In this document: in pieces, positions 54,117 to 64,000 of the stretch
Position numbering within the stretch: position 1 is the first letter of the stretch
Layout of the letters: every line of letters begins with the position of its first letter
NCBI RefSeq assembly: GCF_006345805.1
Contig: NC_043008.1
Location: 11,098,001-11,162,000 of the forward strand
Source of the DNA: Octopus sinensis
Taxonomy: Eukaryota
Length of the DNA stretch: 64,000 nucleotides
Direction: 5' to 3'
Translations under genes and position numbers: made by a program
Notes under the pieces: generated by a model
The model's database searches: none
Told to the model about the DNA's origin: nothing
What the model saw: only the letters and a program-made list of their open reading frames with translations

Positions 54117-54436
54117 GTAAGTCATAAAAGGAGCTAATCAACTTGAATAACGAATAAGCAGGAGGAGAAATATCAAATAAAATTTGATATATGTTTCTCT
54201 TAATGGAGCACTGACACATGTGACATGAAAAATATTTAAAACAAAATAACTGAATTTCGGAAGAAGTTTGTATTAGTGGGCGACGAAATGTAGGGGCTCT
54301 CCTTTATTTGAATTGTAGAATTTCACCAGCAAAATATTTGAGGATTACTTTTGGAAGCTTAATTGATAGCGAAAGGCAAACCAAAAATTCAAGGAACACG
54401 TGGCAAACATGAGATAAACTATATAGAATAACAAAA

Positions 54437-54665
54437 CGGCGAGCTGGCAGAAACGTTAGCGCGTCGGGCGAAATGCGTAGCCGTATTTCGTCTGCCGTTA
54501 CGTTCTGAGTTCAAATTCTGCCGATGTCGACTTTGCCTTTCATCCTTTCGGGTCGATAAATTAACTACCAGTTACGCACTGGGGTCGATATAATCGACTT
54601 AATCCGTTTGTCTGTCCTTGTTTGTCCCCTCTATGTTTAGCCCCTTGTGGGTAATAAAGAAACAT
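54437..54665 (+). mobile_element. SINE family A, monomeric
   Basis: ggcgagctggcagaaacgttagc...gagttcaaattc...ttagccccttgtgggtaataaagaaa. Confidence 0.92.
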
Positions 54666-56008
54666 ATATATAATAACATATAAGTAATTGGAAAAAATTT
54701 AAAATCCAACAGTGATAGCTTTAGCAGTTACTGTTTACTTGATAGCTTGTGTCAACTACAAAAATACAACTACCTGGCACTATTAACGACCCTTTATTAT
54801 ATATGTAACAAAATTACATTAAGAATACCGTGTAAGATTATGGATTTGAAAAATTTATCGCATCAAACAAAATAAGGATGTGCACGAAAAGAAATCAATA
54901 AAGAAATATTTAACCCGAACGAAGTCATATCTCCGATATAACAGGCTACACTTAAATTATTATGTGTCCGTCTCACTTTTATTCAATTCCATTGTGTTTC
55001 GATCCCTATATGTTACAAGTAAGATATCGCCCAAAAACTATTTAAAAGAACTCAATGTTTTCCAGTAATTTCGTCTTTTGAATTGGTGCCATGTTTTGCC
55101 GATGTACAGAAACGTAACAGACATATTGAAGTGTAGACAGTAAATATGTTTTCTACTGATATTCTTTTTTTTTAGTTACCAAATATTGCCACAAATCCAA
55201 AATGTGTTCCAGCTTTTCCAATTCAGATATTGGCATAACTGCTCCTATTTGGAGATATTGCGTTGCACATGTCTATAAAATAAGGTTTTATTTTTAGGAT
55301 TTCACTATTTTACTGAGCATTTGTCGTGTTTGAGCAATAAAAGTATTATGTATATGCACCGTTAAAGAAATTTAATGTAGTTGGCTATAAGAATGTTTAA
55401 CACCTGCACTAAGAATGTATAAAGATGTAAAGGAAATAACGATAAACATTTACATCTGTTTTTATTCCAGTGCGAATTGTTTCAAACAATGATTTACCTA
55501 CATTACATATCTAATATACCTATATCCATCTCTGTTTCTGACTATCTCTCTTTCTCCGAATCCCTCCCTCTCTCTCTTTCGCATCTAATAAGTATGTATT
55601 AATTGCGAATAGGAAAAAGGCATCAATACAAGGTGGATTGAAACGCATGATTATGCATTTTATTGCAATTTTATTATTGCATATTTTTTAACAAATAATC
55701 TTTCGTGAATAGACGTTTATTATTTACGTGATTAAAACTGTTTTCAATAGACGAAAGAATATTCTTTCCCATGAATAATGATGCTGATCCTTTCTTTGAT
55801 GTCATCAAGGTCAGCTTCCCGACAAGTTCCGAGATCGTGTACATTTTAAAGTGATTGAGTCCGTCTAGACCTGAATGTATATATATATATATATATATAT
55901 ATAATTATCAATAATAATATAGGGTGAAATTAATTAATTTGGAATAATCATTAATTTCACCAAGTAGATTTCGGCATGTAAAAGCCCCATTCAAGGAAGG
56001 TTTAAGTA

Positions 56009-56082
56009 ATACTAAGTAATTAAGGGTTTAGCAACGATTTGTGGTGAGGCAAATCGTTGCTAAACCCTTAATTACTTAGTAT
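56009..56082. other. Perfect 33-bp hairpin with 8-nt loop at the end of a Penelope-like remnant
   Basis: atactaagtaattaagggtttagcaacgatttg-tggtgagg-caaatcgttgctaaacccttaattacttagtat. Confidence 0.9.
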
Positions 56083-56504
56083 ATATATATATTTATAGGG
56101 ACACAAAAAAGATGGAGAGGAGATGTTAAAAGTTTATATAAATGTTTAAACCACACGATTGTTCCGAATGATAATACTGACATGTAAGAAAACGTGGCAA
56201 AAATTAAATTAATTCTAATGATAATTAAAATAATAATTAAATTGAATTAATTTAATTAGGTATTACCATTCTCATAAGTGGAAAAAATTAATAAAAGTTC
56301 CAAAAGGGTATTGACAAAAGAATATTACAGTAAAACTACAGAGTGTCGGATAAAGTTGATCGGATATTTATAACAAGAATTTGAAATGGGAAAAAAGAGA
56401 TATAGGAACATGTTGTGTTGAGTCTACACAGACAGACAGACCCCCCCATATATATATATATATATATGCATGCATATATATATAAATGCAAACATATATA
56501 CATT

Positions 56505-56990
56505 ATTCTTATTTTATCATCTTCAGCTCCAAGCTGCGGCCATGCTGGGGCACTGCCCTTTTGCAACACTGTTATTATTGAGAGCCTCCTCTGATATGTG
56601 GAATTTGGTGAATAAGGGAGTTTGATGTCACTCCCCTCCTTTGCGCCTCCTGATCATCTGGGATTCCTGACAGGAATAGATCCAGTTTTAATTTGAAAAC
56701 ACCTACATTCACTTTGTGTAGGTCTCTCATGCTCTTTGGAGGTATATTAAAAAAAGCTGTGGGCCCCTGAATCCCAGGCTGTTGCAGTAACTGGTCCTGA
56801 AGCGCGACGTCATTAATGGGATCTTTGGCACAGTGCAGTGTCGCCCCCTTCTGGCATTGGTGTAGCCTTCAATGCTAGAATTTGGCACAATCCCTTCCAG
56901 GATCTTCCAGATGTATATTACTGCATATCTCTCCAATCTTCGCTATAGGGAGTAGAGTTTTAGCTGTTTCAGCCTTTCCCAGTAGCTGAG
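56505..56990 (-). mobile_element. CR1/L2-group LINE 3' end (end of ORF2 plus 3' UTR)
   Basis: LSYWERLKQLKLYSL*RRLERYAVIYIWKILEGIVPN..RGRHC..NSLGFRGPQLF, then a tail gcagtgccccagcatggccgcagc..gctgaag. Confidence 0.8.
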
Positions 56991-57091
56991 CTATTGCAAT
57001 GAAACAATTTTCTTTTTGTGAAATTTCAATTTCTTTTTTGCTATATGCATGTATGTATGAATGCATGTATATATATATATATACACACACA

Positions 57092-57147
<56 letters not shown>

Positions 57148-57805
57148 ATATATATATATATAAAATATATGTATATATATATATATACATATATTTAAGA
57201 AGAAGTAGATTAGATTAATAAATGAATGCAGATATCTATAAAACGCTGTGCTAAAGGAATTTGGTTAAGTATATGAAATAATTAGATACCAATAAATGCA
57301 AGTAGAATAAATATTCGAGGTAATTCTTCATATATGCGAAATATATCCAAATATCGCGGACAAGAATTACAAGAAAATCCTTTTCTAAGATAAGAAGAAA
57401 ATTGATGGAGGAATTCGCATCTTTAATTGGTAAATATACCGTACATTACTAACGACGGTTTCTGTGTTGCTCACATATTTAAACAAAGAAAAAAACGGTA
57501 TGAAATATCGGTTAGATTATGTTGGAAAGTATATGCTAACGCAACGTTACCAAAGCCATCCAAATTGGGTTAAATTCAAAGTGGAGTGAGATTGGATTGG
57601 ATTGCTTTGATAACGTTGTGTTAACATATATTTTCCAATGTATTAATCTGACTATTATACCTTTTTTCTGTATCGAAATATGGCGGTAGAATAGAAACGA
57701 AAATCGGTAACGTATAGTGTGATCACCAATCAAAGAGGTGATTTTCTCCATTTTTATTCCTCTTATATACATATAATATATATATATATGTATATGATTT
57801 ACATA

Positions 57806-57943
<138 letters not shown>

Positions 57944-58382
57944 TATATATATATATGTATGAATGTATAAAGGGAGAGAGAGGAAGAGTGAGATAAAGAG
58001 AGAGAGAGTGGATTTCGCGAAAACCGGTCACTGGGAATCAAGCACATTTAAACCTTATCCTACAAAACATTTAAAGTCTCTTTCTAACATTTCCCATTGA
58101 CATACAAACACATGAAATTCGTCACCCGTTGCAATTAACATCAACACCTCCTACTAGAATAATGCCCAAACCTTATTGGGCAATACATACATGTACACAT
58201 ACATTGGTGTGTGTATATACATATGAATATATATTTTACAAACACACATGTACACACACACTGACACATACATATATATATATATATAAAGTTAATCCAA
58301 ACAAGAAAACAAAAACAACAACGCAAGGACGTGGAACAAATAAAGTATTATTGGACGCTCAGGAAAGAAGGGAAGAAGGAGG

Positions 58383-58417
58383 GTTTGACGTTTCGAGCGG
58401 GGCTCTTCGTCGGAAAC
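58383..58417 (-). ncRNA. Minimal type I hammerhead-like motif (U4C core variant)
   Basis: GUUU-CCGACGA-A-GAGC(CCC)GCUC-GAAA-C-GUC/AAAC; stems I and II pair perfectly, and stem III is the ACGU palindrome. Confidence 0.65.
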
Positions 58418-58617
58418 ATAGGAGAAGGAAAGATCCCGAGAAGGGAAGACAGGGGAAAAAAATCGCTAGTGATACAGACGAGGTCACAATATATACGCAT
58501 ATATATACACATTTCGTATATTTTTGTGCGTTCCTGTGTGCTCTTCTCAGTGGGTTTGTATGTATATAATGTATATTTGCGCATGTATATATATACATAC
58601 CTGTATGTATGTAGTGG

Positions 58618-58850
58618 AGGCGCGTGGCTTAGGGGTTAGGGTGTCAGTATCATGATCGTAACATTGTGGTTTCGATTCCTGGACTGGGTGACGTGTTGTG
58701 TTCTTGAGCAAAACACTTCATTTCACATTGCTCCAGTCCACTCAGCTGCAAAAAGGAGTAACGCTGCGAATGACCGGCGTGCCGTCTATCTGGGGAACTC
58801 ATACGCCATAGAAACCGGATAACCGGGCCATGAGCCTGGATAGGTTTCAA
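58618..58850 (+). mobile_element. SINE family C
   Basis: ggcgcgtggcttag...ggtttcgattcc...ttgctccagtccactcagctg...gaaaccggataaccgggccatgagcc. Confidence 0.8.
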
Positions 58851-59104
58851 AAATGGCGCATTTAATATTTATGTATGTATGTGTGTATGTATATATGTAT
58901 GTATGTATCTATCTATATATCTTTCAATACATACGCACATACATGCATGCATACATACATAAATACATCCCAACATACATACATACATGATGAGGCTCAC
59001 CAACGTTTTAACTATTTGCAGCTATGGTTTACTATCTTGAATTAACGACAAGCAGGTAGGCCATTGCGATTTTCTTACACGTTCATTACAAAAATTATAT
59101 TCTT

Positions 59105-59290
59105 TCATTCTTTTCGTCATTTAAATGCAGTCCATGCTGCCTTTAGTCGAACAAATCGATCCCAGGACTTATACTCTGTAAGCCTAGTACTTATTCTATC
59201 GTTCACTTATGCCGAATCGCTAAGTTACGGGAACTTAAACAGACCAATGTCGGTTGTCAAGTGATGGCAGAGGGACAAATACAGACACAC
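59105..59290 (-). mobile_element. SINE family B 3' half
   Basis: gtccatgctgcctttagtcgaacaaatcgatcccaggacttat...ccgaatcgctaagttacggg. Confidence 0.8.
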
Positions 59291-59353
59291 AAATCAATAC
59301 TTACAGACACCTGTATATATTTATCATTATTTAATTGAACGCGAGGCATCAAT

Positions 59354-59417
<64 letters not shown>

Positions 59418-60279
59418 GATTCTTCCAGCTCGCCGTCTTATATTCCGATCAAATATTCAAAATATTAAATATTATGTATCCTATTTTCTTTCGGCATTAT
59501 GTGCATTTGAATACTTTGTAGTGTATATCCGACAGCGGAATGAAACCAGAAAGCTATTTCATGTATATATTAAAATCATAACATTATATATTACATAATC
59601 TTTACACCTGTTTCGCAACCGAATACACGTTTGTCTAACACAGACGCACACACAAACATATAAGTTGTATGTATATGTATGAGCATCTGTATGTGTGTGT
59701 GTGCGTTTGTCTATAAGTGTATAAAAACAATATGCATATGTACTTCTTCATGTTCGTGTTTTAGAATGGGTGTATTTCGATATATGCAATTTTTAATATT
59801 GATTATTGGAAATCTATATGGACATTAGTTTATTGAGTTTGATTAAGACTGAAAATCATTTTTAGCACACATTCCTCATACGAAATACATCTGTAAATAT
59901 CAAATAGTAGTTATGTTTCTAGTTATTTTGTCATGTTATCATTTCTATATTCCTCAAAGGACACTGATTGAATTCATCGACTTGTAGACTTTTTTTTTTA
60001 TACTTAAATATTCACGTAAGTCTAGAATCACACATGTCTTAACACTCAAGTTTTGTTTTTATGAAATATGTACATATATAATTAAATATTTATAGCGTTG
60101 AATATTAATAATGGTTTTATGTCCTTAGGAGACATGTTTATTTTGGGGGGACGGTATCGCTTCTTTTATTTCCAAATGTGAACGTTGTTCATCCAAGGTC
60201 AAATAGATTGAGGAGAATCTTCAACAGCCAGACATCACCATCCTACGATTAGTTTTGACATATATATTACGACTGCATG

Positions 60280-60500
60280 GTGGAGTCGCAATGGCACAGT
60301 CGTTCGTGCAGGGGACTCGTAGTCGTAGGATCGCGGTTTCGATTCCCAGACTGCGCATTGTGAGTGTTTATTGAGCAAAAACACTTAAAGCTTCACGATG
60401 CTCCGGCAGTGGGTGGGGGTGGCGACCTGCTGTACTCTTTCACCGCAACTTTCCCTCTTTCTTCCTGTTTCTGTTGTACCTGAATTTGAAAGGGCTAGCT
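60280..60500 (+). mobile_element. tRNA-derived SINE related to family C
   Basis: ggactcgtagtcgtaggatcgcggtttcgattcccagac...ttgagcaaaaacacttaaagc. Confidence 0.7.
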
Positions 60501-61791
60501 CACTTTCCAAAATTTCAGGCTTCGATCCTAGTGTAGGAAGAGTTTATTTTATGAGATGTCAATGTCGGTGAAATAGCAGAGACGGTAGCGTCGGCCAAAA
60601 TGTTTAGCGACATTTCTTTCGACTATTTATGTTCTGAGATCAAATCGCATTCAGGTCAACTTTGTCTTACTGCCTTTAGTGGATATTGAGTTCAATGTAA
60701 TCGATTCCCCTCACAACTTTTCCTATTAAAATTATTGACCCTGAGAAAAAAATTATGCTTGATCCTTTTGCAATATGTAACTGAAAAGAGGCTACTACAC
60801 GTAAATCTTTCTCATACCAACGTTTTATCTGTTAAATATGATAATTTTTATTTCTGTTTGCTTATAATATTTCGAAGTGTCCCTGCTACAAACCTTGCTT
60901 CATTATCTCGTTTCAGTTTACCTTTTTTTTCTGTTATTCCTATATATATTTTTTAAAATCTTACATTTGCATTATCCCGTAACTGTGACTTTCACTCAGG
61001 AGACAAACAGGGAATGTACCGCAACTTAATATTTTCGTAAACTGAATTAATATATTCATATGTACGTTTGTGTGTGTGTGTGCGTGTATCTGTGGACTTT
61101 CTTTAGAATAAACCCCTTTAGATGTTAGAATGTATAAATTTATGAGATGAAGAACCATTAACACTAAGAATGCTATCTCGACACCAAAACATTAAATTTT
61201 CATCAACTAATAACACTTTTTCAAGAAAGTAATTTTTGTTATGGAGCCAATTCGTTTATAAGAGAAATATGCTATATTCTCACAATAATTAAACAAAGAA
61301 ACACATTTTGGTATGTTTATTGAAGTGAAAATGAGAAAACATGTTCATTAACATTTAATTTGTCCAATACTTTATATATTGTTTTCACTTTCACATATAA
61401 ATATTTTCATATAACGAAAGACGAGTGCTTCGTAATATATCTGTGGTTTTATGCGTCGTAATTTCATAGATCAAAGTTCAATTCTTTCCAACGGCTAACT
61501 CACACAATAATTTAATTTTGGGTAGTTTTGAATATTATGGTAGTTTTACCAAAAATACGGCAAATATTTTGTTGAGATCAAAGTGTAATGGTTAATTCAT
61601 TTTTCCCTTTCAACTTCGCAAAACATTTACACTGCTATCTGATTACTGCACAGTTGCTTCTTAGTCAATGCCGGAATATCTTAACCAATAGGCATTTAAG
61701 TACATCACTAGCAACGAGCAAATTTGATTTTTCATGTGGAGAAGGCAACCGAATTTTCTTACTAAATATCAAACATCAAATCTCGTAAACA

Positions 61792-61852
<61 letters not shown>

Positions 61853-62299
61853 ACACACACACACAATCTCTCTCTCTCTCTGTCTCACATACACACACAC
61901 ATACACACACACAGTACTTTTTACGGTTTCTCCGAACATACTAATCATTTTATATGTCATGTCTATATCAAGCATACACTCACATGATGTGCTTGTAAAC
62001 GAGTGTACGTTAGCGTTTTATGTGTGTATGTATGGATGTATGGATGTACGTATGTCTGTCGGTTTGTCAAGGCTTCTTCACTGCAATTTCAACATCAACA
62101 AGAAGTTATTTTTGTTTGTATGTATGCATATGAGCAAATTTATATGCTTTGTTTTTATGTATGTATTCTCATGTATATAATTGCATATCTAGACATGCTC
62201 ATATATATTTGAATGACAAACTTCGGGAAATTTTACAGATTTTTACATTTCCAGTGATGGACTGGATCTGATTTTGAGAAGCCTAATTTCTCAAGATTG

Positions 62300-62640
62300 T
62301 TATTTAGGCAGTGCCCCAGTAATTAGTTATAAACATGAACTTATAGTGTGGATAGAGTAACTGCAGATATCTCAATAGTTCAGCTTAGGTGTCCTCTTTT
62401 CCCCTGATTTTCAGTTTTACGCTAACATCCGCTGGGCAGCTAAATTTCACGACTCTGCACAGTTTCCTTTCTCTATTCCAAATCATTATATCAAATCTGT
62501 TGCGCTTCCGTTTTATTGAAGTCTCCTCTGGGAAATTCCACCAGCACTCCTTTTTATTATGAGAGGCTATGGCTTCTACCATACTGTGGTTTCTTATTTC
62601 CTTGCCCTCAGGATTATCCTTCCGACGGATTTCATTATAG
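62300..62640 (-). pseudogene. Restriction-like endonuclease (RLE) domain of an R2-group non-LTR element (R4/Dong/NeSL-like), decayed
   Basis: ECWWN..NRFDIMIWNRERKLCRVVKFSCPAD..KEDT*AELLRYLQLLYPHYKF, matching the NRPDI...D...K RLE pattern. Confidence 0.7.
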
Positions 62641-62642
62641 AG

Positions 62643-62918
62643 TGTCTTGAGAGGGTCATTATCCTAATAATAATAATAAACACAGGCACTGGTTTACTGT
62701 TACTTATTTATCGCTTCAAACAGACAAGCGTTTGATCGTTTAAAGAATACATTAAACGAGCGACCAATTAGTTAATTGGTTAGATATTTAACCGATTGAG
62801 CAACAATAAAGAAGTAATATCGAACATGTGCCTGTGTTTATTATTATTAGCATAACGACCCTCTCAAGACAATTAAAATATCTGTTTCAACACACGGATT
62901 CACATCAAGAATTTTGCA
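62643..62918. mobile_element. Inverted-arm element (arms 62643-62689 / 62828-62871) sharing its tail with the 25381 element
   Basis: tgtcttgagagggtcattatcctaataa...aaacacaggcac versus gtgcctgtgttt...taacgaccctctcaagaca; tail aatatctgtttcaacacacggattcacat. Confidence 0.7.
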
Positions 62919-63010
62919 ATCCAATTACGGAAACGAAGTTAGAAAAATAAGCTATAAATCAACGCGCCATTGTTAGTTACCCATCTGTTTTGAAATATAT
63001 TCGCGCCTAA

Positions 63011-63047
<37 letters not shown>

Positions 63048-63055
<8 letters not shown>

Positions 63056-63274
63056 CGCAGGAGTGGCTGTGTATATAGGTGCAGGAGTGGCTGTGTATAT
63101 AGGCGCAGGAGTGGCTGTGTGGTAAGTAGCTTGCTTACTAACCACATGGTTCCGGGTTCAGTCCCACTGCGTGGCATCTTGGGAAAGTGTCTTCTACTAT
63201 AGCCTCGGGCCGACCAAAGCCTTGTGAGTGGATTTGGTAGACGGAAACTGAAAGAAGCCTGTCGTATATATGTA

Positions 63275-63314
<40 letters not shown>

Positions 63315-63540
63315 TATATATATATGCGTGCGTGTATGTTTGTGTGTCTGTGTTTGCCCCCCTAGCATTGCTTCACATTGATGCTGGTGTGTTTATGTCC
63401 CCGTTACTGAGCGGTTCGGGAAAAGCGACCGATAGAATAAGTACTGGGCTTACAAAGAATAAGTCCCTGTGCTGAGTTGCTCGACCAAAGGCGGTGCTCC
63501 AGCATGGCCACAGTCAACTGACTGAAACAAGTTAAAGAGT
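63048..63540 (+). mobile_element. Full-length SINE family B with triplicated 24-bp 5' end
   Basis: (tatataggYgcaggagtggctgtg)x3, then the normal body and tail ggcggtgctccagcatggccacag. Confidence 0.92.
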
Positions 63541-63944
63541 ATATATATATTTAATGCGGAATTATATCTAATGCGTATGTAGAGATGTTTATACAAGCAG
63601 ATATGTGATCCTTATACAAACCCATAGAAATATTTGTCAACTTCTCTAATGCAAATAATTACGTTGACAAATTTCATAATTTAAATATGCCTAAGTGTCA
63701 TTCTACTGACATGTAAAAACATATTTATACTTGAATAATAGGGAGGTAATTAGATAATTGTTTAATTATTAATAGCTATATTATGACATAGAATTACCTG
63801 TTATTTTTTCGGAGTACACACATATATATATATTTCGCATGTCCAAACATGCCGTTGAATCCTTATGCATATACAATATGAAGGATTTAAAGGGACTTGT
63901 TTGTGCTGGTTTAAAAGTGAGTTTTACCCTAATAATACATTTAA

Positions 63945-64000
63945 GGCGGCGAGCTGGCAGAAACGTTAGCACGCCGGGCGAAATGCTTAGCGGTATTTCG
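63945..64000 (+). mobile_element. SINE family A head, cut by the window end
   Basis: ggcggcgagctggcagaaacgttagcacgccgggcgaaatgcttagcggtatttcg. Confidence 0.9.

Noticed and set aside
55735-55878. Overlapping candidate exons on both strands
   Set aside because: Both strands give similarly plausible readings, which suggests chance.

Overview
AT-rich, repeat-saturated eukaryotic genomic DNA. The SINE families and dense (TA)n/(TATC)n/(CA)n/(AAT)n microsatellites look like a coleoid cephalopod, most likely Octopus (inference from recalled repeat consensus, not a database search). No intact protein-coding gene can be identified, and most long ORFs in the track are microsatellite translations. Coding remnants are all transposon-derived: two decayed mariner transposases, a Penelope-like RT/GIY-YIG element, and RTE, CR1/L2-group and RLE-type LINE fragments. 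There are also several MITEs and over 25 tRNA-derived SINE copies. A few isolated candidate exons have good splice signals but are low confidence. The main finding is a set of minimal type I hammerhead ribozyme motifs. The best are a tandem pair at 3883-3928 and 4235-4283 (minus strand) with intact CUGAUGA/GAAA cores and structure-preserving substitutions. Their cleavage sites delimit a 352-nt, highly self-complementary unit resembling a retrozyme or Penelope-derived circular RNA monomer. Five more hammerhead-like relics and many foldback hairpins occur elsewhere. Coordinates of degenerate repeats are approximate (about +/-20 nt).
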